Source: Octopus sinensis
Taxonomy: Eukaryota
DNA length: 64,000 nucleotides
Assembly: GCF_006345805.1 (NCBI RefSeq)
Contig: NC_043013.1
Location: forward strand, 51,336,001 to 51,400,000
Direction of reading: 5' to 3'
The translations under genes were made by a program, and so were the position numbers. Below are positions 13,345 to 28,827 of the stretch, piece after piece. The first letter of the stretch is position 1; each line of letters begins with the position of its first letter. The notes under the pieces were generated by a model. The model did not search any database, was not told the DNA's origin, and saw only the letters and a list, made by a program, of their open reading frames with translations.

Positions 13345-13835
13345 TTACTCCTTCTCCTCCCACCACCTCCTTCTCCTACTTCCCTCTTTCTCCTCCTGTC
13401 ATCCTCCTTCTCATCCTACCCTCTTCCTTCTCTTTGTACCCTCTTCCTTCTCCTCTTACTCTCCTCCTTCTCTTCTTCCTCTCCTCCTTCTTTCCTATGC
13501 TCCTCTTTCTCCTCCTTCTCTTCTTACTCTCCTCCTTCTCTTCCTACCTTCTTCCTTCTCCTCTTATTCTCCTCCTTTTCTTCCTACCTCCTCCCTACCT
13601 TCTTACCTTCCTCTTTCTCCTCTTACTTTCTCCTCCTCTTCTTACTCTCCTTTTTCTTCTCCTTCTCTTCCTACCCTCCTTCTTACCTTCCTCTTTCTCT
13701 TACTTTCCTCCTGCTCTTCCAACTCTCTTTCTCCTCCTATTTCTCTATTTCTCCTCTTACCCTCCACCTTCTCTTTCTACCCTCCTCCTCTTCCTATCCT
13801 CCTGCTTCTCCTCTATTTTCATAATTCATCCTCTC
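13345..13835. repeat. Polypyrimidine low-complexity tract (CTT/CCT)
   Basis: About 490 bp almost purine-free on the + strand. Confidence 0.9.
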
Positions 13836-14185
13836 TCGGTGCATGCGTGAGTAGTTTTCCATTACTCATTGCCTGCCACCCAAGCCTAGTACGTACACTC
13901 ATCCAACATCTCTTGTATTAAACCTCTCCCGTAATCTCTCTTTTATTCTATCTTGCTCTCACCTCTCACTTTCCCTCTCTTTTCTTACTCTATATTATTC
14001 TCACTCACTCTATGTACGATGGAAAGCGTGACTGGAAATACCAACTAACCAACCAATCAGCCAGCCAGCCAGCCACCCAACCAGCTAAGCAGCCAATCAC
14101 CCAATACGCCAATATTTATATCGGTGATTATTATATAGAGATGTTATCACAATCGTACGAACCTCCCAGAAACAGCGCTGATAAT

Positions 14186-14418
14186 TATTTCTATATTGCC
14201 CAGAAGAGGCTAAACATTGGGGGGACAAACAAGGACAGACAAGGGTATTAAGTCGATTACATCGACCCCAATGGGTAACTGGTACTTATTTAATCGATCC
14301 CGAAAGGATGAAAAGCAAAATCGACCTCAGTGCAATTTGAACTCAGAACGTAACGGCAGACGTAATACCGCAAAGCCTTTCGTCCGGTGTGCTAACGATT
14401 CTGCCAGCTCGGCGCCTT
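14186..14418 (-). mobile_element. SINE family A
   Basis: GGGGACAAACAAGGACAGAC...ATCGACCCC...TTTGAACTCAGAACG...CTGCCAGCTCGGCGCCTT. Confidence 0.85.
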
Positions 14419-15024
14419 AATAATAAGATTAACAAAGCTTCATTTGCTAGCATTTCCTTGTACATCATTATCTTGTCGTTGAAAGGAACTTTGTATCTTC
14501 TTGAGATCTACATTGCGATATTAGTTTTTTTCCATTTTTAACTTCTCTTCTCTTTTTATAGCTTTACTCCTCTTAGGCAGAACAGTCAAGTAAAGAAGAT
14601 CGGAGATAAAGATGCGATCTAACCAAATTCTGAACAGCGCAGCAAAGAAAAGATAAGCAAAGTCAAAAGAACGACCAAATGTCAGGAAAAGAAGTTCAAA
14701 CAGGGAAACACTTAAAATTGCTTCGAAACTTTAATTTTTTTTTTTGCCTTTCGTGTTGAGGTCATCGTCTTGATCTACATGAAAGAAAAAGTTGTGTAAG
14801 TTTCGTTATTGAAAATAATAATTGAGTAATAACTCTGCTGTCATTCTTACAAGGTGAAAACTCCAAACTTACAATGATGTGACGTGAAAACTGTTCCCAG
14901 CCAAGCAGTATGCATTATAGTCAGTTTCGGATTTATGGAATTCAAAAAGAGAAAATTCCAATTTTTTATATGTAATAGCATCATCATCATCTCAAGGAAG
15001 AGCAAATCTATCATCTTCACCATC

Positions 15025-15069
<45 letters not shown>

Positions 15070-15102
15070 GTTGTGGTTATTATTATTATTATTATTATTA
15101 TT

Positions 15103-15510
15103 GAGTGAGAGAGCAGTGCAAGCCATCAAAGTGACACTGTGGTAAAATATACGAAGCGCAGTATACCCATCATGGCTACCCGTCTGATAAGGGTACACTA
15201 GGCACATGCATCACGATCATATGTGCGCAACATAGTGATCTCATATCAAGATAAACAGTACATGATCTTGCAGGTGAGGCCCAGTTAGAATTTTCCTCTG
15301 GTCCAGTAACCCATCCTACTCGAAAGGTCCCTGAATAAGGGTTGTTTAAGGATGGTGAACGAAACACCCATGTTTCCGGAGGTTAATTATTCAAACCCCA
15401 AAGAATCCCTCTCAACACATGGCTATGATGCTCCCCCACTACTTCTGCTCGTGATCAAAGATGCACACATAGTCATCCATGAGAGCCACTGCCTGGTACT
15501 GTATCGGGGC

Positions 15511-15511
<1 letters not shown>
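15103..15511 (-). mobile_element. Family B repeat in (TAA)n, internally deleted
   Basis: Matches 536-1064 but lacks roughly 130 bp of the interior. Confidence 0.85.
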
Positions 15512-15577
<66 letters not shown>

Positions 15578-15579
<2 letters not shown>

Positions 15580-15791
15580 GGAGGTGAGCTGGCAGAACCG
15601 TTAGCACACTGGAGAAAATGCTCAGCAGTATTTCGCTAGTCGTTACGTTCCGAGTTCAAATCACGCCGAGGTCAACTTTGCTTTTCATTCTCTCGGGATT
15701 GATAAATTAAGGACCAGAAAGACTCTAGGGTCGATGTATTCGGCTAGTCCCCTCCCGACAAATTTCAGGCCTTGTGCTCCTTGTAGAAAGG

Positions 15792-15795
<4 letters not shown>
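15578..15795 (+). mobile_element. SINE family A (variant ending AGAAAGG(ATT)n)
   Basis: AAGGAGGTGAGCTGGCAGAACCGTTAGCAC...GAGTTCAAAT...TTTCAGGCCTTGTG. Confidence 0.8.
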
Positions 15796-15867
<72 letters not shown>

Positions 15868-15869
<2 letters not shown>

Positions 15870-16253
15870 GCCTTTGCACAGCTTCTAATGCTGGAGATTA
15901 ACTACGGTGTCAGCTCTTCACTACCAGCGAACTAAGGTAAAACCTCTTATTATTCCAGCACATTCCGGAGTATTCGAGTGGTTCCAAGCGGTACTGTTTT
16001 CGGCAAGTGTTCCACTATTATTGCAGCCCCTATTTGTTCCATATACTTCTCGAGATTTTTAATTCTCGAGACAATTATTGGTACTACTACCGCCTTTTTC
16101 AGCGATCACAACTGCTTAACCTCCCAAGCTAACCTGTTATATCTAACGACTTTTCTTTCTTCCTTATTGCATAACTCGTTGTCAGATGGGCATGCTATAT
16201 CTATGATCCTACATCGTTTGCTTTCTTTCTCAATAAATTCTATGTCTGGCTGA
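15868..16253 (-). mobile_element. R4/Dong-like non-LTR retrotransposon 3' end (restriction-like endonuclease), degraded
   Basis: Minus strand translates QPDIEFIEKESKRCRIIDIACPSD...EERKVVRYNRLAWEV...VVVPIIV...LGTTRILRNVLE*, followed by a (TAA)n tail. Confidence 0.8.
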
Positions 16254-17291
16254 TATTTCTATAATTAGTTGCGCAAGACACAACTGTGAGATGACAGATA
16301 TATATATAGATAAGTTTCATCATATATTTCTCTTCGGCTTACTGATATAAATATTTAACGTCCAGAGCATGATGACAAGAAAACGGTTTGGAAAACAATA
16401 AAGACGTAAAATCGAAAGAATAATTGTTAATCTACATAACAGTTAACGAGGAGATAATGGCTGCCGTTAAGTTTGTTGTTGTTGTTGTTTTTGTGGTTTT
16501 TGTTGTTGTCGTGGTTGTTGAGTGACTTGTGAGAGCCCAAGGCGAATTTAGTTCCCAGTAATATTATTCTGTCCTTCTGTAAAGATAGGTTTGAAGAAAA
16601 GGGAGAGGAATAAAAAAAAAAAAAATTATGAAAATACAGCAAAAATTAAAAAAAAGACTAAAAATAATTTGAAAGGGAAAAAAAAAATGATTGTGTTGAA
16701 GAAGAGTCAAAGAAAACCTAATGATTCAAGAGTAAAGAACGAAAGAAGAAAAATAAATGAGAATTAAAAAGTGATAGAGAAAGAGAGAAGAAACAAAGCA
16801 ATGGAGAGATCAAGAATAGAGAAAGAATAGGGGTGGGGGAGGGGTGAAAAAAAACGAATGTTTGTCATGAAATAAAGATATTGACTATGCACAAACACCT
16901 ACACACACCTCCATATACGAATACATATATATATATATGTATATATATATATAATATATATATGTGTGTGTGTGTGTGTGTATACACACACACACACATA
17001 TATTATATATATATATATGCAGGGTGAGATACATAGATAGAGAGAGAGAGAGGGAGAAAAAGATATATATGGAGACATACAAACATGCATACATAAGTAT
17101 ACATACATACATATATATAATATATATATATATATTATATATTATATATATATATATATAGGCATACATGAATACACACACACACATACGTAAACACACT
17201 TATGCAGACATATATATATATGTCTGTATATATGTGAATACACACACATAAACACACATATCTATAAATTCCTGAAGTGAGAGAGAGAGAT

Positions 17292-17331
<40 letters not shown>

Positions 17332-17424
17332 GAGGAATAAATTAGAGTGAGAAATGAAACTAGGGGGCGAAGGAGATAAATTTCAAACTAAAATATAAGT
17401 AAATTAAGAGACGCGAGTAAATTG

Positions 17425-17517
<93 letters not shown>

Positions 17518-17864
17518 CACACACACTTACTGAAATATACGGATTCACACACACATACACAAATACATATGTATATATATATGCATGTATGTAGGTATGT
17601 ATACTCATACACACGCACATAGAGTAAAGACAGAAAATGAAATAGCAGAGGAAAACATAAAGAATAGTTATTTTGATGAAGTATAGACGTACTTCCAGAC
17701 ATGCGTATATACACACATACATGTGCACATATATACATACACAGAAATACATATATACACATACATCAGCATACATATATACATATATATTTATCTACCA
17801 ACATAACACACATACATATATTTACATACAGAGAATTACATATAAACATACACACACACACACA

Positions 17865-17930
<66 letters not shown>

Positions 17931-18798
17931 ATATACATACACACATACATACACTTACATATATACGGAGAATTACAAATATACATATATACCTATCTAC
18001 TAACTTACATACATACATTTACATACATACAGACAATAACATATGCACATACGTACGTACATACATAAATACATCCCTACGGTCATAATACACATACGCA
18101 CACATTTACAACATTCTTACACACCCTAACACACGCGCACCCCGACGCGTTACTTCATTAAATAAAAGAAGTTAAAAATTATTTTGAAGTTTTTTTTAAG
18201 TGAAATGTCTAAAATGTTGATGGTTATTTTCTTCAATTTCATAGCGTTATTTAGTTTAAAAGTGAATGCCGAAGAGGAGAGTGCGGGGTTATTATTTAAA
18301 CCTTTCATGGCACATTGTAAACACTGTCAGCAAAGAAAGAACTACAACAAGTACAATAACAACACAAAAAACTACAGCGACAACCACTGGCGTAATAACA
18401 AAGTTAAATGAACGTCATCAGGCAGCGATTTTTTCTCTTCTGTGTTAACATTTAACTAGCTGCGGGAGGCGTAGCTTTCCAAGACCAACATCACAATCGT
18501 CTAACAAGCCAGTTTGTATATATTGAACTGCTTTGGGAAAAATATTGATTTTTTTTTTTTGGAAAAAGTATTTCTGTTTCTATTTTTTATATTTCGAAAT
18601 AATTGTTGCGACATAGAATTTCATAATGGTAGAAGTATTAGAGATAATAATGATCGAGATCTGTACAAAAAATAGTTTGTAGTAATCCTTGAGTCAACTC
18701 AGGGGACATCATAGATTTCTAGTTAGGGGCAGAGGAATTATAGAGGCGAAAATATGAAGATAAGTGAACGAATGATGTTAGCAGCTTAGAACATTTTT

Positions 18799-19075
<277 letters not shown>

Positions 19076-20512
19076 TCTAGATCTCTCTCTATCCCTCTCT
19101 GTGTGTATATTCTGGTCTTTTCGGCTTGACCTCTGCCATGTTAACACTGTTGTCTTCGTTTGCCGCAAAGGCATTTTTTCAAAATACGCCAGCCAAGATA
19201 AGTTAAAAATTGTCTGAAGTCGTAAGACACCCGCTGTTTTGTCCTGTTATTACTATTCTTGTTTTTTATTTCTATTTTTTGTTTCTTGTATTTATATTCG
19301 TGTGGCCTTCTGTCCTTGTTTCGTATACATTCGATCCTCTTTCCAAGAAATCTAATGCTCGTAGCTTAGTTTTTCTTTGGGGCTGGTCGTATCGGAACGA
19401 TATCAGGATTAATCAGCTGAAATTGCTAAGATGATCCGGTTCCCGACTGAAGATTAGAGGCTTCGAATGACCCGTCTGTTTTTTTGTGTCGTCTCTTTGT
19501 GTGTTTTTGCGTTCTTGTCCCATTTTGTAATTTATATTTAATTTCTATACATATATATGTATGTATGTATGTATTGTATGTATGTATGTATGTATGTATG
19601 TATGTATGTATGTATGTATGTATGTATGTATGCATGTATTTATGTATGTATGTACGTACGTATATATAAATTAGAAACAAACACCTTTTATCAATTCAAT
19701 AATGAAAAATTAAATTATACCATTTAGAAAATTTCGTACCACATTCTTTATCTATCCTTAGTGTCTTTTAAATATATCTCCCCACCTCCCACTTTTCACA
19801 CATATTCCTTCCTTCCATTCTTATCTCTTCCTATTCTTTTTATTCACTGATGGTTCTCCTCTCCGCACCCTCTCACAATATCTTGACCACCATCTAGCAC
19901 TCCTTTCATTTTCTCTTCCCCTTTCTTTCATTCTTCTTTTCTCCCCATTCCTTTTGACCAATACAATTTCTCTTCCTTCTAACATACTTATCTCTTCTCT
20001 TCTCACTATATACTTCTCCCTGCCTGTATATTCCAACATGTATTTTTTATGTTACAGTTGTAGTTGCATTATCCAAGGAATGTGCTGTGTAGAAGGGGTC
20101 TTGTTCATGGTATGTAAATTCCGATGGGAGTTCATATTTTATTATTACAGATGGATAGTGTGCAGATATTAGTTCTATGTGCTCTTCACTCAAAGGGATC
20201 TTGAAGCGTAAACGAAATTTTGAGAATATACAATGATATTTATTTTTATCCAAATAAAATTTACTTTCTTCCGATCATCTTTACATTCACCCGATGTTTA
20301 CTGCCGTCCAACAATTTGAACCTGGAGATCTCCATTTCCAGCGACTTCGAGGGCCACCTCCCAGTGGTGTCGGGTGTCAACGAAGAGCCCTCGACTACAA
20401 CAAGACGATAAAAGTTTTTTTTCCACGGCCTGAGGTCTCCCACCCCTAAGCCCCAGACCATCACCTAATCACCCTTACCCGTTTGTTGCTTAACAACAAC
20501 GACAACAACAAC

Positions 20513-20840
20513 CCGATGTTTACGTTGATTCAATGATGTTTACGTTAATCTAATGTTTACTTTGAGCGAATGATGTTTAATTCTATACAGCGATGTTTCT
20601 TTTCGTCTGGTGATGACTAACTCTGGATGTCTACTTTGATCAATGATGTTCATTTTGATCCATCAATGTTTAATTTGATCCAGAAATATTTCTATCGATG
20701 CGACTGTTTTTATTTGAGCCAATGATGTTCATTCTAATCCGATTGTGTTTATTTTGATTCAACGATTTAAAAAATTTCTAGAGATCAAATGTTTTTTCGT
20801 TTGATCTAATGATGTTTATTTTGATCAAATGATGTTTTTT
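20513..20840. repeat. Degenerate ~20 bp minisatellite (TGATGTTTAYTTTGATCYAA)
   Basis: Recurrent GATGTTT...TTGATC units. Confidence 0.7.
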
Positions 20841-20931
20841 TAAAGAAATGGGAGTTTTTGGTAAAGGTGTTAACTAAATCCAATACAGATTTGGTGATGC
20901 AAGCAGGGAAAAAGGACTCAGAACATGAATA

Positions 20932-21332
20932 CAGTAATCCCTTGATAGATGTAAATCCGCGAAACAAAAGCAGTAGGGTACTGTATATATATATTTAATT
21001 ATTTTATAATTTCCATGTATTTATTTTATTATGAATGCAAACAACACCGCACAGTCGCCTCAAGAGTTTTGTTTTCCACATGTATTTTCTTTTAATACAT
21101 TTTAATTAATGTTATACAGTGTAGTACTGAAATCTATTTTTATTCGTCAATTTATTAATTTTTAGGTGTGAAAATGCTTATTTTACTACAGAAATAATTA
21201 AAATCTAAAAAAATATAAATACCTATCGGCCGCAGAAACCTGCGATATACTGAGGAGTCCGCGATATAAATTTAAATATATTAGCCAGAAAAATGTGATG
21301 TGCTGAGAGCGCGATACGGAGAGTGATTACTG
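20932..21332. mobile_element. Tigger/pogo-like MITE
   Basis: TA|CAGTAATCCCT ... AGTGATTACTG|TA: CAGT terminal inverted repeats with TA duplication. Confidence 0.6.
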
Positions 21333-21351
21333 TATGTATTTTATTATTTAC

Positions 21352-21599
21352 GCGCCCTTTTTCAAGCCTAGCCAAGCTCATTGGCCCGGTTTCGCGGTTT
21401 CTGTGGCGTAAGTGTTTCCCTCAGCTGGACGGGACGCCAATCTATCGCAGCGTTACTCAAGAAACAGGAACAAAGAGTTAGAGAAAGTTGGGGCCTCGTG
21501 GAGCTTTAGGTGCTTTCGCTCAATAAACACACACAACGCCCGGTCTAGGAATCGAAACCGCGAGTCCGCTGCCCTAATCACTGGGCCATTGCGCCTCCA
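21352..21599 (-). mobile_element. tRNA-derived SINE family E
   Basis: Reverse complement GAGGCGCAATGGCCCAGTGATTAGGGCAGCGGACTCGC...TTTCGATTCC; same head as 63684. Confidence 0.75.
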
Positions 21600-22382
21600 C
21601 ACTGTATGTATACGTTTCTTATTTAATAATCGCCAGAAATCACAGAATGACTCAAAGACCGACAGTGTCGTACTTTGTTACTTATTTTCTAAGTGGAAAC
21701 TAACGAAGCTCTCGGCCTTTGAGTCACTCTATGTTTTATTCCGATTATTAAAAAAAGAGGAAAACTTTTGATACAATACAGATACGTGGTGCAAATATGT
21801 AAGTTGGTCAGGAGTTTGTCAAAGTTCAAAGTGTTTTGTTGACATATTGGCGAGGTTTGTTCCAAAATACTTGTAGCTGCTACATTACCGAATTTCATCT
21901 AACGCTGCTTTTGTGAAAAACAGCTCAGCAAACGTTGTAAAACCAACGAAAATGGGGAAAACATGTAGTGGTATAAATAATTGCAAATGCTACTGGAGAA
22001 ACTCCATTAATAACAGTGACAACAGCTGCAGTTGCAATGGCGATATTTACTTTGATAAAAAGAAATGAGATGGAATTATTAAGCAACAATAAAGCAACAC
22101 AAAATACGAAGCTATGAAATATATATGAGAGGGAGGTGGGGGAAGCAGATGGAAAGGGGGGGAGACATGAAGATGAAGAGTGGTGGTGGGAGTAGAGGAA
22201 TAGAGAGAAAAGAAAGGAGAAATGGAGATCTAAGAGAGAAAATGAGATAGGTTCACAAAAAGACAATGAATCTTCGCTGCTACGACTAAAAAATATCTGA
22301 AGTTATGTGAACACGCACTCACATACAGAGATATGGATTTGCACATAAATATATAATATATACATATCAAATACATACATAC

Positions 22383-22420
<38 letters not shown>

Positions 22421-22596
22421 GATATACATACATGTGGCTTTAGAGTCAGATTTGACAGCTATTTCTGGCATGGTGATACCTCTTCGGCACCCTTAATTAT
22501 AATTAACTTATCCTATTATATATCTATAATGATTATTACCTATATGAATTTTCCCATGCTCGTCTCCTGTTATTTTAAGGAATGGTGTTAACATAT

Positions 22597-22708
<112 letters not shown>

Positions 22709-22751
22709 TAGGTAGATAGATAGATAGATAGATAGATAGACAGACAGATAT

Positions 22752-22816
<65 letters not shown>

Positions 22817-23362
22817 CATACAGGCAGACATACGGATAGATAGATAGACAGACAGACAGACAGATAGATAGATATATAATTGTATAGGGTACAGCTAAAC
22901 TTTATGGCTCAGAAACTACCGTCTTCTTTGAGCATGTAGGCACCGTAGCATCTGCGACTTTAAGTATAATCTTATTCGATACAATTATATATTTCTATAT
23001 ATGTATTTTACGAAAAAGCTTTGTATATACTAGCCATTGAAAAATTCATTAATTTCAATGGATTTATCCTCTAATTATGTTGGTCTATTCTAGACCAAGC
23101 TCTAAAGACAGACGCTATCCAGGGTTAGGGCTTGGTCTAGAATAGGTGAAGGTCAAGACTATAGTTTTTGTATGGTTCTTTGTTCGTTTTAATGGTTGTG
23201 TGGGTTATGTGTTTTTTTTTTTTGTTATTTCGACTGTAGTGGTTTTATTGAAGGGTTCATGTTTGCTTATATTCCTCTTTCTTTTTGGCTGGGCTGAGCT
23301 GCTCATGATTTGTGTTTATTCACTGGGTAAGGTATTTGTTTTATTTATTAATGATGTTTACC

Positions 23363-23577
23363 TTTAACGTAGTTTTCAGGGAGATACAGCATTACACAGA
23401 ATATGACAAGACTAGCCCGTTTCAAGTACAGGTACAAATCATTTTTGCCAGCTGAATGGACTGCAGCAACGTGGTATAAAGTGTCTTGCTCAAGGACACA
23501 ACGCGCCGCCGAGAATTGAACTTACAAGTCTACGATCAGGAGCCGAATAACTTAACCACTAAGACCACCACTCGCCT
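23363..23577 (-). mobile_element. SINE family D
   Basis: ATTTTTGCCAGCTGAATGGACTGCAGCAACGTG...GAATTGAAC...TAACCACTAAG. Confidence 0.75.
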
Positions 23578-23634
23578 CTATATATATACACACACACAAA
23601 CACACACACGCACACATATATATAGATAGACGAA

Positions 23635-23737
<103 letters not shown>

Positions 23738-23838
23738 GTAGGTAGGTAGGTAGATAGAAAGACAGATAGATTGATTGAGGGATTGATTGATTGATGTATA
23801 TATATACGTATATACACACACACACGCATATATATATA

Positions 23839-23882
<44 letters not shown>

Positions 23883-23889
23883 CATATAA

Positions 23890-24260
23890 AGGGTGAAATA
23901 TAATTATTTAATAAAATCAATAAATTTCACCTAGTAGTCTTTCGGTATGGAAAGGATCATATTTGGTAAAAATTTTATATAATTATAATAAAGGGTTTTT
24001 TGCAACAAGATGCTTAAACCACATACCGAAAATATTAGAAGTAGCAGTCAAATGGGCTACTATCACTATTACTACAAAAATAAGTCTCCACAAACAACAG
24101 TATTTGTAACTCATATATGGTAAAAAGAAGGAAGACAACGAAATCACACAGTCTACTGGATCATTTATGGACGATCGTTTCTGGATTAGAATCGTAAAGT
24201 TCATTTCCTTATCAACATAATATTTCCCATAAATCTAGAAATGCTAGGAAAAAACTCACC
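23890..24260 (-). mobile_element. Hammerhead-bearing element (HHR 24165-24220), homologous to 62446-62830
   Basis: Minus strand ttatg TTGATAA gga..tcc a GAAA cgatcg TC cataa; shares TTCGGTATGTGG...AAACCCTTTATT...CCGAA(A)GACTACT.GGTG...ATTTCACCC with the 62.7 kb copy. Confidence 0.7.
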
Positions 24261-24357
24261 TATTATATATTCGACCAGCGACATCGAAAGATATAACAGT
24301 CCGCTAGCATAGCCACATTTATATCGACATGCGAATTCGTATCTCCCCCAAATCTCA

Positions 24358-24422
<65 letters not shown>

Positions 24423-24617
24423 AGTGAGTGATAAATAGATAGATAGATAGAGAGAGAGATGAGACATATACGCACATATGTATACATGTACATACATGCA
24501 GTCAATATATATATAAATCAAACAGCAGCAGGCTGGAATATATTTTCATGTAATTTATTCACCATTTCACATGTTTCACTTGCTAATATTTATTTCATAT
24601 TATATCATCTATATATT

Positions 24618-24665
<48 letters not shown>

Positions 24666-24676
24666 TATATATATAT

Positions 24677-24773
24677 AGAAATAGTAAAGTGTGAAAAACG
24701 ACAGAAGGCTTAAATGTTAAAAATATATATAACATTTAAGCCTTCTGTCGTTTTTTCACACTTTACTATTTTC
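24677..24773. repeat. Short fold-back in (TA)n
   Basis: AGAAATAGTAAAGTGTGAAAAACGACAGAAGGCTTAAATGTTA and its reverse complement about 10 nt downstream. Confidence 0.8.
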
Positions 24774-25127
24774 TTATATATTCACCCCGTGCTTTACCAA
24801 CAAACTTTCTTATCTATATATATATATATATATATATATTGTGTGTGTGTATACTTGAAAAAAAACTCAATCTATATATTTATATATGAATGTGCGTATG
24901 TGGTTGTGTAAATTTGAGTAAGTTTAAGAATATAGTGATTGGAATACTCAATACTGGCAGTAGAGTCAAATTTCTTACGCAGCTCACTTCATGTGGGAAT
25001 TTCAGTTTCGCTTGTCGGTCTCTTCAGCAATCATGCACCCTTAATTGTAGGGCGTAATGCGTGGGCATGCTTGTATATTACATACATGCAAACATAATGC
25101 ACAGATACATACATACATACACACAGA

Positions 25128-25162
<35 letters not shown>

Positions 25163-25255
25163 ATATTCGGAATGTCATATTGCCAGTTAGCATGTATATA
25201 ATATATATATATAATATATATATATATAATCTATATATATAATAGATATATATAT

Positions 25256-25291
<36 letters not shown>

Positions 25292-26000
25292 TATATATAT
25301 ATATGAATGTATGTATGGATGGATGGATGGATGGATGGATGTGTGTATATCTGTAACTTCGATGTGTAACCTATTGCATTCAGTAGACTGCGGCCGTGTT
25401 GGTAGTACCGCATTTTATATATGTAAAGATAAATAAACATTTTGTGTTCTATGTATTTATTTATAATATTCGTTGTCTGCTTCTGCTTGATTTACATGGA
25501 CTCGGTGTTGTTGTCTCAACTGCTTTCACTACATATTGATAGGTACTATACATGCATTATATTTCTTAGTATTTCATATTCAAATATTCGTTGAATATAC
25601 CGTCGATATCAAACAAAAGACTATTATAACTAGAGGCAAAAGAAGACTCATAATAATGGTCAAACGTAGCAGCAACTTCTGGAGATCCTCAGTATTTTGC
25701 AGAATATAACCGCAGTAAATATGCCAGGATCTTAATTAAGGAGCACTTTTATACAGTGAAATGTAGCGTGGTCCTAAAAGCAGATAACGAATAAACAATA
25801 TTCCTGTGTAAAAGAATTTGCTGAGATATTTGTATCAACCATATTTCAGTCGGACTCTATGTGTCGGTAGAGTATGTATAAAGAGATGAATACTCGAATA
25901 CGCTCTCACATACACATATATAAGCACAAACATGCATATAGTAATACACACACAAGCATATATAAATACATACATGCGCACACAGACACATACATACGTC

Positions 26001-26034
<34 letters not shown>

Positions 26035-26756
26035 TACGCACAAAGCACACAGATGCATATGCTCGTATTTTTTATAATTGCAAATGATTCATCAGCACTT
26101 ACTTCTAGCAGTTATCTTTCATTTACGTATTTCCACTGTTTGTTATATGTATATATATACTTTCCTATATATGTACACGTCTATATTATTTATATATATA
26201 ATTTGTTTTTTGTTTGTATACATAAAAACACATAACTGTGTTTTTATATTTACGTGCAGCAACAAGACAAAAGTAGAAAAACAAAATATCATACAATTTA
26301 ACCCACCCTGCGGCCAAGATGTACGCTCAACCGTTGCTACTGCTGCAACTGTTGGGTACCATATAAGAAATAGTTCTTAACTAGACGTAACTACGAGAAA
26401 TTGTATGGCAAACATTATGACAAGGCCATTTATGAATTCGCGAAGAATGTCTGCTGCACAATAATTTATAATCTACAAAGAACACTTTCCAAGAGTGCTA
26501 AAGAGACAAAGTATACATGCATATCATAATATACCATACCCCTATATGACATATGCTAAATAAAATTCATTATTTGTGTAATGAACGGTGGCGAGTAGCA
26601 TAGGTAAAAAATTGTACAATGTTGGTTTGAGTGAAAGAAAGTTAAAAATTCGTTCAAAATTTATAATCAATCTTGCATACTTGCATATATATGTGTGTGT
26701 GTGTGTGTGTGCGTATGATTGCGCGTGTGTGTATATATGATATATATATATCAATA

Positions 26757-26802
<46 letters not shown>

Positions 26803-26811
26803 ATATATATT

Positions 26812-26883
<72 letters not shown>

Positions 26884-27866
26884 CATTTGTATATGTATGT
26901 ACGTCATTGTTCAGTTTTATTTAAAGATTTCTTGCTAATAGAGAAAAAGAGTCGATTTCTGACCTAAATCCCAAACTCGTTCATTGTAACTTCAACGTCA
27001 ACAGGGTATTTTTGAATGTATGTATGTACGTATGTATGTATGCATATATGTATGTATATATGTATGTATGTATGCATGTAAGTACGTATGTAGGTACGTA
27101 GGTATCTATCTATCTAGCTATCTGTCTGTCTGGCTGTCTGTCTATCCAGAAGTTTGCATGTGAATGAGTATATATGTATATATGCCTGCATGCATTTTAT
27201 GATAAACTTTCACAAGCTCATTTTCAAACCGATCGAAAACTTTTCATTTAGGGACCTATGTTACATGTACGTGCAGAAACATATAAGTATACACAGCCAT
27301 TAACGTTCACACCCATATACATATGTATATACATAAATACACACTCACACACAGAGACACACATACATATATAAGTGCATATTTAGGTATGTATATTGAT
27401 GTATATTATATATTACATATATGCATTTAAACATGTGTGTTTGCTTAAATACATATATATATATTATATATATATATATATATATATGTAATGTTTGTGT
27501 GTTTGTGTGTGCATGAATGTATGTATATATGTATATATACATGCAAATATGCATATACGTAACAGGAGACGAGTTAGTCTATTGTCATTACGCTTATAGC
27601 ATGATTACCACGCGACATTCTATAACCAATAGGAATTAGGCTCTAATACTGGTGATAGAAATACCATTACGCGGACTGAGGCTGAAGAGTAAGTCACATG
27701 ACACAGAATCATTGATGTCGTACATTTAGAAAAGAACTTTGCAGAACCTAATCCAACTTGAAATAAGAGTCGTAATATGAGATGCAAATTCAAAATTTAA
27801 GAAAATAAACATGGCAGTTTATATAAATACATATAAATTTGCAATAATCTCCGCTCAACGACGGCC

Positions 27867-28275
27867 ATATATATATATACATATGTATTGCACATATATA
27901 TATATGTATGTATATATATATATAACATACATATGTATGTAATATATATATTATGTATTGTATATTATATATATAAATATTATAGATAATAATGTATATA
28001 TATATATGATGTATATATATATATATTATACATACATATGTATGTATATATATATTGTATGTATATATATATATGTATATATATATATTATATATATATA
28101 TACAGTATGTATATATATGCTATATATATTATACATATATATATATATATACATTATATATATACATATATATATTAAATATGTATATATAATATATGCA
28201 TACATATATATATACATATATACATATTTATATATATATATGTATGTATATATATATATATATAACATATTATGT

Positions 28276-28344
<69 letters not shown>

Positions 28345-28424
28345 TATACATATATATTTACACACATACTATATAAATACATATATATCTATACATATGT
28401 ATATAATATATGCATACATATATT

Positions 28425-28479
<55 letters not shown>

Positions 28480-28530
28480 ATATGTATATGTGTGTATGTG
28501 TATGCACACATACACACACACATATATAAG
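27867..28530. repeat. Long degenerate (TA)n/(TATG)n tract
   Basis: Directly visible; one of dozens of TA tracts in the window. Confidence 0.95.
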
Positions 28531-28827
28531 CTATAAAAACAAATCGTATGAGAGGAGACTATATATTCATTAGGCACTTGAAATACTTAGTGCTGTGCAA
28601 CCTTCTCCATGCAATATTATATTCAGCATAGAGAAAATTGTGCGCACATGTTTTCATTAATATGTGTGTAGCGAGACCCGTGAATATTTCACGGAATTAA
28701 ATTTAAACCTATTGGGTATTTCCTTAAAACTTTCCTCAAAAAAACTGTGTTGTGTCTGTATCAAAAGTTAGTTGCTCATCTGCTAATCATTGAAAAGTGA
28801 AGGAAATTGGAATAAGATGATTACCTA

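Noticed and set aside
13317-13850. 177 aa hydrophobic ORF
   Set aside because: Artefact of a polypyrimidine tract
18184-18411. 75 aa ORF with a signal-peptide-like start (MSKMLMVIFFNFIALFSLKVNA)
   Set aside because: No recognisable domain or processing sites; hydrophobic runs arise readily in AT-rich DNA; would need RNA evidence
20270-20470. GC-richer island that could be an exon
   Set aside because: Several frames are open but none is recognisable and splice signals are unconvincing
27958-28577. Long ORFs rich in Y/I, H/T, C/V or LSIY (here and throughout the window)
   Set aside because: They are translations of (TA)n, (CA)n and (TATC)n microsatellites, which lack stop codons
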